Source: an uncultured Porphyromonas sp.
GTDB lineage: Bacteria > Bacteroidota > Bacteroidia > Bacteroidales > Porphyromonadaceae
Length of the DNA stretch: 64,000 nt
Assembly (NCBI RefSeq): GCF_900539765.1
Contig: NZ_UQDF01000002.1
Strand: one strand, 5' to 3'
Shown here: positions 1 through 9,393 of the stretch, piece after piece
Layout: every line of letters starts with the position of its first letter
How positions within the stretch are numbered: position 1 is the first letter of the stretch
Notes under the pieces: generated by a model
The model's database searches: none
What the model saw: only the letters and a program-made list of their open reading frames with translations
Told to the model about the DNA's origin: nothing
Made by a program: the position numbers and the translations under genes

Positions 1-96
1 CTTAAGCAGAGCGACACAACAAGCGATTCCAATCTGTAGAACACAAAGGACATAGCCCTACAAACCACTATACGACAGCTTTAGTGAAGCTTGGGG

Positions 97-702
97 CTAG
101 ATCCCCTTAGCCTCCTCCATAGAGATCAGATTGTTCATCAGAGCGTAGATCGTCAGACCGCTAGGCGAGTGAATGTCTAGCTTGGCGGCTATGTTGCGCC
201 GATGCGTCACGACCGTGTGCGGTGAGAGGTGCAGGACATCGGCTATCTCCTTATTGGTCAGTCCTCGTGCTACCCACGTGACCACTTCACACTCTCGCTG
301 CGAGAGAGGTGTCTGCTGTGTCTCATCGCTCTCCAAGGTGTCCGCATCAGGCTGCTCCGCTTCTTGTATTAGTTGTATCAAGCTCTGAGGTTCGATCGTT
401 GGTAAGCAGACGAAGCTGTAGCCTTTGTAGAGCTCCTCTGGGAGTAGATTGTGATTGATCGCGACGAGCGTAGGCTCCTTACCCGCGGGGAGTAGATCAG
501 GGTTGTACTGTACGCCTGTCAGGAGCGGGTTAGCGATGATTATGTCAGGCGCGATGAATGTGATATGCTGTCTTAGCGCATCTAGGTCGAGCAGATCCAC
601 GCATATCTGCACGGAAGAGTCGGGGAAGCCTCTACGCAGCGCTAGCTGCAAGCCATAGGCGAGGAGCTTGTGAGGCTCGATGATAAGTATCGTGTGTTGC
701 AT
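97..702 (-). CDS. LuxR-family transcriptional regulator with degenerate (pseudo-)receiver domain
   Basis: C-terminal LuxR/GerE HTH (ECEVVTWVARGLTNKEIADVLHLSPHTVVTHRRNIAAKL). N-terminal REC-like fold lacks the canonical acidic pocket and phospho-acceptor Asp (ILIIEPH instead of ILIVDDH; PDIIIAN instead of ..LLD). Confidence 0.7.
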   Translation of the reverse strand: MQHTILIIEPHKLLAYGLQLALRRGFPDSSVQICVDLLDLDALRQHITFIAPDIIIANPLLTGVQYNPDLLPAGKEPTLVAINHNLLPEELYKGYSFVCLPTIEPQSLIQLIQEAEQPDADTLESDETQQTPLSQRECEVVTWVARGLTNKEIADVLHLSPHTVVTHRRNIAAKLDIHSPSGLTIYALMNNLISMEEAKGI

Positions 703-714
703 CCGTTGGGGCGT

Positions 715-1437
715 TTATGCGTGTCTATTGCTAGCTTGGAGTCTCTCCTCGATCTGCTTGATGAGTGGTACGAAAAGACAGTCCTCGATATGATTGTGCC
801 ACATCAGGTCGCTCTCGGTGGTAAAAAGCTCGTGCAGGACATTCGTCAGCGCATAGTCTCCCATCGACTGGTAGTACTTGATTAGGATATTCTTGAGATC
901 GGTGATCTTCATCTCTATATGGTCGTGCCTACTCTCAAACTCATCGATCGAGTAGCCCTTGTCTCGCTCTCCTTTTAGCAGCCGATGGACGTAGGGGAAG
1001 AGTACCTCGTCTTCGTATCCCATATGCTTGTGCACCTCCTCGACATATGCATCGTAGAAGCGGTGGATCAGGGCAGCCACCTCTGGCGAACCTCCCTCGA
1101 CAGCGGTAAAAAGGTCTCCCCGCAGATTTGGGAGCTTATAGTCTAGGAAGTAGTGATGCGATCGCTGCAGATAAGCTATGAGCGACTCAGCCGAGATCTC
1201 GCCTAGCAGCTCCTCAGGGATCGTGTCGGACTGAGTCGTCAGCATATTGACGACAGCGAGGAGTGTATTCGTATCTACACCATTAGCCTGACATACCTCA
1301 TCGACGCTCTTGTCGCCGAAGCCTAGAGGGATGCCAAAGCGGGTGATCACCATAAGCAGGTCATAGTGCGTCAAGATCAACTTACTCAGAGAGGTGTGAG
1401 CATCGAAGGGATGATTCAAGAGGGTCGGTGGATTCAT
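715..1437 (-). CDS. hemerythrin-like / RIC-type (ScdA/YtfE-like) di-iron protein, tentative
   Basis: 240 aa with repeated His-rich motifs (RSHHYF.., RHDHIE.., WHNHIED..) spaced like hemerythrin HHE cation-binding helices. No signal peptide. Confidence 0.4.
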   Translation of the reverse strand: MNPPTLLNHPFDAHTSLSKLILTHYDLLMVITRFGIPLGFGDKSVDEVCQANGVDTNTLLAVVNMLTTQSDTIPEELLGEISAESLIAYLQRSHHYFLDYKLPNLRGDLFTAVEGGSPEVAALIHRFYDAYVEEVHKHMGYEDEVLFPYVHRLLKGERDKGYSIDEFESRHDHIEMKITDLKNILIKYYQSMGDYALTNVLHELFTTESDLMWHNHIEDCLFVPLIKQIEERLQASNRHA

Positions 1438-1529
1438 AGACTATTAGTTTTGGTAAGTGTGTTACTGTAACTAGATACCGCAGACAAAGATACAAACGAT
1501 CGGCTGATCGCTCAATACCTATCTGTAGG

Positions 1530-1578
1530 TAGAAGTTAGAGATTAGAGGTTAGAAGTTAGATATTAGAAGTTAGAGAG
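1530..1578. repeat. degenerate heptamer tandem array (RNTTAGA)x7
   Basis: gaagttagagattagaggttagaagttagatattagaagttagagag. Same heptamer family as the arrays at 21253-21281 (reverse orientation) and 60276-60327. Confidence 0.6.
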
Positions 1579-1588
1579 TTGTGTCTAG

Positions 1589-1628
1589 GGGCGCTAGTGC
1601 TTCTAGTAGCGCTAGTGGCACTAGTACC
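1589..1628. repeat. CTAGTGC-type palindromic repeat downstream of the T9SS cargo gene; possible terminator
   Basis: gcgctagtgcttctagtagcgctagtggcactagtac. Related to the perfect inverted repeat tactagtgctacta..tagtagcactagta at 32446-32482. Confidence 0.4.
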
Positions 1629-1661
1629 CTTAGCCAATGGCCAACAGCTAACAGCCAACAG

Positions 1662-3860
1662 CTAGTTGACTAGGACTCGGTATAGCTGGTCGCCTATGCG
1701 AACGAGGTAGGGCCCTGAGGGTAGTGCTGAGCAGTCGTACGGCTCACCGCATCGTGCGGTGCTGATCAGTACTCCCTGAGCTGTGTAGAGAGACATCTCA
1801 GTATCTGCTGCATAGCCCTCGACGATGAGCTGGTCGTTGGCGATATAGACACGCTGAGTCTCTGCCGTCGGTGTGGTGAGCGCATTGCCCCGGCAGAAGG
1901 TTACCTCCAGATGGATCTCCTTATCCACCTTGACACCGACCTCTAGTTCGTCTCGCCAGTCGGTCATCTCCTCGCCATTGACGATCCACTTGTCGACCCG
2001 TAGCGTTGGGTCTGGCGTAGCGACACAGTAGACCGTCTCGCCTTCCTTGACCAGTGTCCCAGAGCTTATGATCTCTTGTGTACTGCTGAGTCGTACAGAG
2101 AGGTAGCCTCCAGGGCCATAAGTGAAGTTAAAGGGATACTGTGGCACCGTAAGCTCCTTAAAGACAGCGGTCACGTGACCATCACGATAGAGCTCGTAGT
2201 AGAAAGGACTCCCCTCGTCTAGTGATCGCTCGCCGTCAGTCCTCCAGTAGTCTAGCTCATGCCCCTTGTCCGCTTTAGCCACGAAGGTGATCTCTGCGCC
2301 TGCAGGGATACGGTCGCCCGACTTAACCTTTACCGCCGTGCCCATATTATCCATATAGTAAGCATTTTCGATGACGCCACCACCCTCGCTATCGTAAGTG
2401 ATCGTGTAGCCCTCTGCGGGGAGCTTCTTGTAGTGAGCAACGATGTCTACATCGTCTGTGATAATGTACTCAATGAGATATTGGTAAGCCACGTGACAGC
2501 GCTCGCCATTGATCTCATAGTAGTCAACCTGATAGCCATCCTCTAGCTCAGACTGTATGTACACCTTGGTACCACGCTCCACAAGATCGCCCGAGGCAAG
2601 CTCTTTCCAGGGATTTACGATGGCAACACTCAGAGTACCTCCCTCATTCATAGAGAAAGTGACCCGCGCCTGTCCCGTGGGTTGCTCGCTAGCGGTGCGA
2701 GGCACACGAGCCACGATCTGATTCGTCTCGGCAGCTGCTGCATAGTGTGGGTAGTAGTCATTGTGTGTCTGAATGCCTACCAGCAGCGTGTCCAGTTGCT
2801 GCCCTCCTCGTGTAAAGAGTGACTCAGAAAGCTTGAAGACCCCCCTCTCTACGCTGTATTGATCCGAGAAGATCGGCATATTGGGTGCCTCTCCCTCCTC
2901 AGAGGCGATCATCACGTTGGGGTAGGTCGTGGTGTAGCTCTGTCCCTTGGCATCCTGTACCGTCTGCTGGAAGGAGAGATCTATCGTCAGCGGTGATACG
3001 TGGACAGGGTCAAGAGTTATCTCGGGACACTGGTCATAGTTGACATCAGACTCTCGCAGCTGATCGGTAAAGAGCGGTAGCTGGTCATAGGTGAGGGCAT
3101 TGCCCGTAAGGTTAGCCTTCCGAAGTGTGGAGAGCCCCTTGACACCTATCAGACGACGTAGCTGCGGATTGTTGTACACCTCCAGAGAGCTGAGCTGCGT
3201 CAAGCCCGTGAGATCGATCGCTTGTAACTGTAGCTGCGTATTGAGCTTGAGCTTCTGCAGATGCTTCTGCTGTGTCAGGTCGAGGGTCCCTTGCAGTGAA
3301 GGCATCTCCGGGGTGCCGAGGCGTGTCGAGAGTGAGAGCTCTTCGAGTGTGCCGTCTTGCGGTAGGATGATGCTCCGCAAGTTTTGCACCTTAAGCACCT
3401 TAAGCTGCGGACAGCGAGAGACATCTAGGTGGTATGGAGTCGTAGAGCCCGACATAGGACAGGCGAAAGCAAAGTCTAGTCGCTCTAGCGTGGGTGAGGC
3501 TATCTCGCCAAAACCTAAGACGTTGAGCTTTCCCTCCGTAGCCCACGGCTCTTCGAGCATCGTCACAGAGGTGCCATCGATAGTTATCTTCGTCCCCTCC
3601 GCCACAGGCTTAGCATAGGTGTGGGTGACAGCCTTAGCATAGCGACTCTTGGGGTCAGCAAGCGTCTCGCTCGATCCGTCTCCCCAGTAGATGGTGACCG
3701 AGGCTCCAGGTAGTGTGTTGTACTTAAAGGTCACGGAGCTACTCCCAGGAGTCACACATAGCTCGATAGGGTACTCTAGACCGTTCTGAGCGAGTAGCCC
3801 CTGGAGTGGTAGGAGCGGTAGGAGGCAGAGTAGCAGCCAATAGGTAATCTTTGCTTTCAT
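1662..3860 (-). CDS. secreted leucine-rich-repeat protein with T9SS C-terminal sorting domain (T9SS cargo)
   Basis: N-terminal signal peptide (MKAKITYWLLLCLLPLLPLQGLLAQ). Central LRR-like repeats (LxxLxLxxN..L). C-terminal ~80 aa beta-sandwich-like tail ending ..GPYLVRIGDQLYRVLVN, typical of Por secretion CTDs. Confidence 0.65.
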   Translation of the reverse strand: MKAKITYWLLLCLLPLLPLQGLLAQNGLEYPIELCVTPGSSSVTFKYNTLPGASVTIYWGDGSSETLADPKSRYAKAVTHTYAKPVAEGTKITIDGTSVTMLEEPWATEGKLNVLGFGEIASPTLERLDFAFACPMSGSTTPYHLDVSRCPQLKVLKVQNLRSIILPQDGTLEELSLSTRLGTPEMPSLQGTLDLTQQKHLQKLKLNTQLQLQAIDLTGLTQLSSLEVYNNPQLRRLIGVKGLSTLRKANLTGNALTYDQLPLFTDQLRESDVNYDQCPEITLDPVHVSPLTIDLSFQQTVQDAKGQSYTTTYPNVMIASEEGEAPNMPIFSDQYSVERGVFKLSESLFTRGGQQLDTLLVGIQTHNDYYPHYAAAAETNQIVARVPRTASEQPTGQARVTFSMNEGGTLSVAIVNPWKELASGDLVERGTKVYIQSELEDGYQVDYYEINGERCHVAYQYLIEYIITDDVDIVAHYKKLPAEGYTITYDSEGGGVIENAYYMDNMGTAVKVKSGDRIPAGAEITFVAKADKGHELDYWRTDGERSLDEGSPFYYELYRDGHVTAVFKELTVPQYPFNFTYGPGGYLSVRLSSTQEIISSGTLVKEGETVYCVATPDPTLRVDKWIVNGEEMTDWRDELEVGVKVDKEIHLEVTFCRGNALTTPTAETQRVYIANDQLIVEGYAADTEMSLYTAQGVLISTARCGEPYDCSALPSGPYLVRIGDQLYRVLVN

Positions 3861-4004
3861 ACTGATATGGATCTATTGATACGAAGACAAAGGCTCTCGA
3901 TACAACTATGGGGACTTAGTTGCAGAGCCTTGATGGATCAACCAAGCTCCCGTTACGTATTGCGAAGATAGTTATTTCAAATGACAAAGTGTAATCAAAT
4001 ACGT

Positions 4005-4185
4005 CTGAGCGTCCGTTGTGTCAAGCGAAACGAGCGTCCCTACAGATCGAGGTTACAGCGTTTGATGAATGGAATTGTCGTGCTGACGTAGCTTGTGTAG
4101 GGGCGGACCTACGTGTCCGCCCGCAGAATAGACTGCACTCAGGTGAGGACGGGCGGACACACAGATCCGCCCCTACGGTGGAAGC
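4005..4185. repeat. GCGTCC/GGACGC hairpin-pair repeat (family 3), locus A
   Basis: Contains gagcgtccgttgtgtcaagcgaaacgagcgtccctaca, then two stable hairpins gtaggggcggacctacgtgtccgccc and gggcggacacacagatccgcccctacgg. Shares motifs GCGTCCGTTGTGTCAA(A)GCGA and GCGTCCCTACA with the loci at 17.5 and 60.4 kb. Confidence 0.5.
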
Positions 4186-4366
4186 TTCCACCCCGCCGAG
4201 CGGTTCACCCGAAGAGAAGTCGACTGAGTTTCCGAAACGAGAAAAAACTTCGCATTTTACTTGCATATAAACTTAGAAAGCAGCGGGCTAGACGTCAACC
4301 ACAAAGGCGCATCAAGCAGTACTGCTTGATGCGCCTTTTGTGGTTGATTAGAGGCGAGTAGCCTTT

Positions 4367-5386
4367 TTAGTCTAGTATGGTGACCCAGCCGTGTGTATCA
4401 GGCTCGTCGCCGTACTGGATACCACGTAGCTTGTTGTAGAGCTTCTCGCTGATAGGACCAGGCTTACCATCCTTAGAGATCTCGTAAGTCTTGTTCTCAT
4501 CGAGGTCATCGACACGTAGTATTGGGCTGATGACAGCAGCTGTACCACAAGCACCAGCCTCCTCAAAGGTAGCTAGCTCCTCCTCAGGTACATGACGACG
4601 CTCTACCTTCAGACCGAGATCCTCAGCGAGCTGCATCAAGCTCTTGTTCGTGATAGAGGGTAGGATAGAGGTAGACTCAGGTGTGATGTAAGTGTTGTCT
4701 CTAATTCCGAAGAAGTTAGCTGGACCGCACTCATCGATATACTTCTTCTCCTTAGCATCGAGGAAGAGGCAAGCGCTGTAGCCCTTCTCGTGAGCTAGGA
4801 CGGTAGGTACCATACCAGCAGCATAGTTACCACCCACCTTGATCGTACCAGTACCCAGAGGAGCGGCACGGTCATAGCCACGCATGATAGCCATAGGAGT
4901 AGGCTTGAAGCCCTCCTTGAAGTAAGGACCTACGGGAGATACGAAGACGATAAAGAGATACTCAGGAGCTGGCTTGACACCTACCTGCTCACCTAGTCCG
5001 AGTAGGAGTGGGCGGATGTAGAGTGAAGCACCGCTCTCGTAGGGAGGGACGTAGTCCTTGTTGAGCTCGACAGCCTTCTTGACAGCCTTGATAAAGAGCT
5101 CTTCGGGTACGGGAGCCATGACGACACCCTCAGCTGAGCGGATCATACGCTTAGCATTCTCCTCGACACGGAAGAGGCGGATCTTACCATCCTTACCACG
5201 ATAAGCCTTGAGACCCTCAAAAGCCTCCTGGCCGTAGTGCAGACAGGTAGCGCCCATGTGGAGCGTGATCGTCTCCTGTGAAGTGACCTCTAGCTCACCC
5301 CACTTGCCATCACGATAGTAACAGCGTACGTTGTAATCGGTCTTGAGGTAACCAAACCCCAATGATGACCAGTCCAAATTCTTCAT
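4367..5386 (-). CDS. ilvE: branched-chain amino acid aminotransferase
   Basis: Class IV aminotransferase homology along the full length (..EAFEGLKAYRGKDGKIRLFR.., ..VGGNYAAG..). Start moved to the internal Met (MKNLDWSS..) at residue 33 of the supplied ORF. Confidence 0.85.
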   Translation of the reverse strand: MKNLDWSSLGFGYLKTDYNVRCYYRDGKWGELEVTSQETITLHMGATCLHYGQEAFEGLKAYRGKDGKIRLFRVEENAKRMIRSAEGVVMAPVPEELFIKAVKKAVELNKDYVPPYESGASLYIRPLLLGLGEQVGVKPAPEYLFIVFVSPVGPYFKEGFKPTPMAIMRGYDRAAPLGTGTIKVGGNYAAGMVPTVLAHEKGYSACLFLDAKEKKYIDECGPANFFGIRDNTYITPESTSILPSITNKSLMQLAEDLGLKVERRHVPEEELATFEEAGACGTAAVISPILRVDDLDENKTYEISKDGKPGPISEKLYNKLRGIQYGDEPDTHGWVTILD

Positions 5387-5544
5387 ACTATATATAGGTA
5401 ATAAAGTTGTTAGTAAAGTCCGTAGTAACGATCGGTCTACAAAGATACCTATTTTATTTGGTATTAGACGACTCAAAAACAAACCTCCGTAGATTCAACT
5501 ATCAAGTGAGACGTGTAACCCTAGGGTTACTCGTACTAGTCGCT

Positions 5545-5740
5545 ACACGTAGTTGGCTGAAAAAGTCGATATCCACGTGGGGATTCTCAAATCTCCACGT
5601 GGAAAATAAAAATTCTCCACGTGGAGGCGAAATAAAACTTCGGAGGAATCAAATGATACTTCGGAGGAATCGTTTTGCGCCTACGTGGAGAATAAAAAAT
5701 AGCCACGTGGAGATTTGAGATTTTCCACGTGGATATTGTC
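5545..5740 (+). repeat. CACGTG-box composite palindromic element, copy 1
   Basis: Three tCCACGTGG boxes at ~22-bp spacing, a central tandem repeat (aaacttcggaggaatcaaatga / tacttcggaggaatcg), then three boxes in mirror orientation. Terminal inverted repeat ATATCCACGTGG .. CCACGTGGATAT. Lies in the divergent ilvE/thrS upstream region. Confidence 0.75.
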
Positions 5741-5917
5741 CTCTTCCTAAAAAAAAGTACACAGTTGGAAAGGTGTTACTGAGACGGTACACGGATCGTC
5801 TTTGGCGGGATGGAGAGTGAGAGCTTTTTTGTACCTTTGTGGCGTATATACATTTTTGAGATTGTTGCAGAGAGCAAGAGTCTCCTCATTATATTAGTCG
5901 ACTACAACATACCACTT

Positions 5918-7870
5918 ATGTCTGATCAGATACATATCACGCTACCCGATGGCAGTGTGAAGGAAATGAAGCAGGGGGTGACCCCGCTAGATATAGCTAA
6001 TAGCATCAGCGAGCGACTGGCACAGGAGGTCCTAGCGGCCGAGTGCGACGGCGAGCTTATAGATATACGTACACCGCTGATGCAAGATGCCCACATCAAG
6101 CTCCTCAAGTGGGAGGACGAAGGCGGCAAGCACGCTTTTTGGCACACCTCGGCTCACCTTATGGCCGAGGCGCTTCAGGAGCTGTACCCTGGCGTACAGT
6201 TTGGCATAGGGCCTGCTATCGAGGCAGGCTTTTACTATGATATAGATGCTGGTAATGAGGTGATCAAGTCGGAGGATCTGCCGAAGATCGAGGCTAAGAT
6301 GCTGGAGCTGGCGCATCGCAAGGAGACGCTCGAGCGTAAGGCGATCTCTAAGAGCGATGCCTTGGACTTCTTCAAGAAAACGGGTCAGGGCTACAAGCTA
6401 GAGCTGATCAACGATCTGGAGGATGGCACCATCACGACCTATACGCAGGGTGCCTTCACGGATCTCTGTCGTGGACCACACCTTCCCTCCACAGCGCCTA
6501 TCAAGGCGGTCAAACTACTGAGCGTGGCTGGCGCTTACTGGCGTGGCGATGAGACGCGCAAGCAATTGACTCGTATATATGGTATCACCTTCCCCAAGAA
6601 GAAGCTCCTCGATGAGTATCTCGCTATGCTCGAAGAGGCGAAGAAGCGCGACCACCGCAAGATAGGTAAAGAGCTGGAGCTCTTTGCTTTTTCACAGCGT
6701 GTCGGGCAGGGTCTGCCTCTGTGGCTACCACGCGGTACGCAGCTGAGACTTAAGCTCGAAGACTTCCTCAAGCGTATCCAAAAGCGCTACGGCTATCAGC
6801 AGGTGATGACGCCTCACATCGGCAATGTGGAGCTCTACAAGACGAGCGGTCACTATGCTAAGTATGGTGCTGACTCATTTCAAGTAATCACGACTCCTCA
6901 GGAGGGGGAGGCTTTCATGCTGAAGCCGATGAACTGCCCTCACCACTGCGAGATATACAAGCTCAAACCACACTCTTACAGAGATCTGCCGGTACGTCTA
7001 GCTGAGTTTGGTACGGTCTATCGCTACGAGCAGAGCGGTGAGCTACACGGCTTGACGCGTGTACGTGGCTTCACGCAAGACGATGCACATATCTTCTGCC
7101 GTCCTGATCAGGTCAAGGAGGAGTTCCTTAAGGTGATGGATATTATCTTCATCATCTTTAGAGCTCTAGACTTTGAGAACTTTGAGGCGCAAATCTCTCT
7201 ACGCAGCCAGACTGATCGTAGCAAGTACATCGGTAGCGAGGAGAACTGGGATCGTGCTGAGCAAGCGATCATCGAGGCTTGCCAAGAGGCTGGTCTACCA
7301 GCACATATCGAGTACGATGAGGCTGCTTTCTACGGCCCGAAGCTTGACTTTATGGTCAAGGATGCTCTCGGTAGACGCTGGCAGCTGGGTACGATCCAGG
7401 TAGACTACAACCTGCCAGAGCGTTTTGATCTAGAGTACACAGGCGAGGACAATCAGAAGCACCGCCCTGTGATGATACACCGCGCACCCTTTGGCTCTAT
7501 GGAGCGATTTGTAGCGGTACTCATAGAGCACACGGCGGGTAAGTTCCCCCTATGGTTGGCTCCTGACCAAGTGGTCATACTGCCTGTCTCGGAGCGCTTC
7601 AACGACTACGCCAACGAGGTGGCAGCAGCCCTGAGCGAGCATGACATCAGCGTATCCGTTGACGACCGCAATGAGAAGGTGGGTCGCAAGATACGTGACA
7701 ATGAACTCAAGCGTATCCCCTACATGCTGATCGTCGGTGAGCAAGAGCAGGCTGACGGCACTGTATCGGTACGTAAGCAGGGCAAGGGTGATGCAGGTAC
7801 AGAAAAAATTAGTACCTTTGCCGAGCGTATCCTTCGAGAGATAGAGAGTCAGATGAATGCCAGAGGGTAG
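5918..7870 (+). CDS. thrS: threonine--tRNA ligase
   Basis: TGS/editing/class II catalytic/anticodon domains recognisable (..[11 protein letters not shown].., ..[10 protein letters not shown].., ..[10 protein letters not shown]..). Start set at [12 protein letters not shown] (residue 37 of supplied ORF). Confidence 0.9.
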   Translation: MSDQIHITLPDGSVKEMKQGVTPLDIANSISERLAQEVLAAECDGELIDIRTPLMQDAHIKLLKWEDEGGKHAFWHTSAHLMAEALQELYPGVQFGIGPAIEAGFYYDIDAGNEVIKSEDLPKIEAKMLELAHRKETLERKAISKSDALDFFKKTGQGYKLELINDLEDGTITTYTQGAFTDLCRGPHLPSTAPIKAVKLLSVAGAYWRGDETRKQLTRIYGITFPKKKLLDEYLAMLEEAKKRDHRKIGKELELFAFSQRVGQGLPLWLPRGTQLRLKLEDFLKRIQKRYGYQQVMTPHIGNVELYKTSGHYAKYGADSFQVITTPQEGEAFMLKPMNCPHHCEIYKLKPHSYRDLPVRLAEFGTVYRYEQSGELHGLTRVRGFTQDDAHIFCRPDQVKEEFLKVMDIIFIIFRALDFENFEAQISLRSQTDRSKYIGSEENWDRAEQAIIEACQEAGLPAHIEYDEAAFYGPKLDFMVKDALGRRWQLGTIQVDYNLPERFDLEYTGEDNQKHRPVMIHRAPFGSMERFVAVLIEHTAGKFPLWLAPDQVVILPVSERFNDYANEVAAALSEHDISVSVDDRNEKVGRKIRDNELKRIPYMLIVGEQEQADGTVSVRKQGKGDAGTEKISTFAERILREIESQMNARG

Positions 7871-7980
7871 TCGTCCGCCTTTTATCTCAAGAGAAAGAAA
7901 AGTCGTATCAATCTAAGACTTGATCAATTAACCTAACCTAGCAAACTGCTAACGAATCACTAACTGCTAATTGCAGACGA

Positions 7981-8610
7981 ATGGCAAACAGTAGAAATTT
8001 CAGACGTCCACCCATCAAAGAGCAACCGAACCGGATCAACGAGCAGATACCTCATCGTGAGGTACGTCTCGTCGGTGACAATGTAGACCAAGGGGTCTAC
8101 CCTATCCAGCAAGCTCGTCGTATAGCCGAGCTACAGGGACTAGACCTTGTGGAGATCTCTCCCAATGCGGAGCCTCCCGTATGCCGTGTGACTGACTACC
8201 AGAAGTTTCTCTATCAGCAGAAGAAGCGACAGAAGGAGCAGAAGGCTAAGCAGGCTAAAGTGGTCGTCAAGGAGATCCGCTTCGGGCCTCAGACGGATGA
8301 TCACGACTACAACTTCAAGCTTCGTCACGCTGAGGGCTTCCTCAAGGATGGCTTTAAGGTGAAGGCATACGTCTTCTTCCGTGGGCGCAGTATCCTCTTT
8401 AAGGATCAGGGCGAGATACTTCTCCTGCGCTTTGCCAACGACCTAGAGGATCTGGCTCGTGTCGAGAACATGCCAGTGCTGGAGGGCAAACGCATGACGA
8501 TCATGCTAGCTCCTAAGCCAGCCTCTGCCAAGAGTAAGAAGAAAGAGCCGAAGCAGACCTGCGAGCAGCAGACCGATCAAGAAGCATCTGAAAAGAACGA
8601 TAACGAGTAG
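7981..8610 (+). CDS. infC: translation initiation factor IF-3
   Basis: ..[45 protein letters not shown].. matches IF3 N- and C-domains. Conserved thrS-infC-rpmI-rplT gene order. Has a Lys/Glu-rich C-terminal tail. Confidence 0.85.
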   Translation: MANSRNFRRPPIKEQPNRINEQIPHREVRLVGDNVDQGVYPIQQARRIAELQGLDLVEISPNAEPPVCRVTDYQKFLYQQKKRQKEQKAKQAKVVVKEIRFGPQTDDHDYNFKLRHAEGFLKDGFKVKAYVFFRGRSILFKDQGEILLLRFANDLEDLARVENMPVLEGKRMTIMLAPKPASAKSKKKEPKQTCEQQTDQEASEKNDNE

Positions 8611-8767
8611 TCAAGCACAAGACACACGTAAGCAAGTAAATCAACCCTACTCTACCAGCTACGCTCTGTGCGTAGCAGACTATCCAAACAGGCATAGGCG
8701 TGCCTCTAGGTAGTTGGTCGGGAGGATCATCTAACAATAGTTTCACACAATTCAAAATCCAAACAAA

Positions 8768-8962
8768 ATGCCTAAACAGAAGACAGTATCAGGCGCTAAG
8801 AAGCGTTTTTTCCTGACAGGTAGCGGACGCGTCAAGCGTAAGCATGCGTACAAGAGTCACATCCTCACCAAAAAGAGCAAGAAGCGTAAGCGCAATCTTA
8901 CCTACACAGCTCTCGTGCACCCGCACAATGAGAAAAGTGTCAAGGAGATGCTCAACCTTTAA
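8768..8962 (+). CDS. rpmI: 50S ribosomal protein L35
   Basis: [36 protein letters not shown].. 64 aa. Confidence 0.9.
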   Translation: MPKQKTVSGAKKRFFLTGSGRVKRKHAYKSHILTKKSKKRKRNLTYTALVHPHNEKSVKEMLNL

Positions 8963-9019
8963 TCGAGGACTCAACAGAGTTTAGTACGTATCTATTAAAC
9001 ACACTAATCGACACAAGAA

Positions 9020-9367
9020 ATGCCTAGATCAGTAAATCACGTCGCTTCACGAGCTAAGCGCAAGAGAATACTTAAGCAAACACGCGGATACATCGGTGCC
9101 CGCAAGAACGTATGGACCGTAGCCAAGAATGGCTGGGAGAAGGGTCTACAGTATGCTTACCGTGATCGTAAGAACAAGAAGCGCTCTTTCCGCGCTCTAT
9201 GGATACAGCGTATCAACGCTGCTGCACGCCTAGAGGGTATGACCTACTCGACACTGATGGGTGGTCTACACAAGCAGGGAATTGAGATCAACCGTAAGGT
9301 CCTCGCTGACCTCGCTATGAACAATCCCGAAGCCTTTAAGTCTATCTGCGAAAAGGCTAGAGGCTAA
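9020..9367 (+). CDS. rplT: 50S ribosomal protein L20
   Basis: [70 protein letters not shown].. Confidence 0.9.
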   Translation: MPRSVNHVASRAKRKRILKQTRGYIGARKNVWTVAKNGWEKGLQYAYRDRKNKKRSFRALWIQRINAAARLEGMTYSTLMGGLHKQGIEINRKVLADLAMNNPEAFKSICEKARG

Positions 9368-9393
9368 AACGACGGGCTCTCTAATACAAAGCC

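Noticed and set aside
2259-3618. Antisense or alternative-frame ORFs embedded in long genes (e.g. 2259-2546, 3091-3618, 6032-6316, 12575-12829, 16297-16761, 24737-25327, 40562-41119, 55557-55928, 56898-57449, 62607-62951)
   Set aside because: Each lies wholly inside a longer ORF with clear homology on the opposite strand or frame. Their amino-acid composition (Arg/Ser/Leu-rich) is typical of antisense reads of GC-rich coding DNA.
4016-4361. Short ORFs 4016-4270 (+), 4021-4266 (-) and 4113-4361 (+) between the T9SS cargo gene and ilvE
   Set aside because: They overlap the family-3 hairpin repeat on both strands and have Arg/Pro/Gly-rich GC-driven composition. They are mutually overlapping frames typical of structured non-coding DNA.
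5407-5718. ORFs of about 100 aa spanning the CACGTG elements (5407-5718 +, 21293-21616 +, 40003-40401 -, 60391-60735 + and 60466-60729 -), with recurring peptide strings such as HVENKNSPRGGEIKLRRNQM
   Set aside because: They are read-through of the palindromic repeat on whichever strand is open. Similarity between copies is at the DNA level (CACGTG = T-W/H-V/R-G in frame). Frames are not preserved between copies, and the flanks are intergenic. I treat them as non-coding.
5545-5740. Regularly spaced short repeats resembling a CRISPR array
   Set aside because: The repeat unit is only 8-10 bp. The 'spacers' are conserved between the four copies. The whole unit is an inverted repeat with a central tandem. 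No cas genes are present in the window. This is not a CRISPR array.
7871-7980. CTAAC-rich thrS-infC spacer (ctaacctaacctagcaaactgctaacgaatcactaactgctaa) as another heptamer array or an L20/IF3 autoregulatory leader
   Set aside because: The CTAAC words are irregularly spaced and not a tandem array. Without a structure model or comparative data I cannot support a specific regulatory RNA call.
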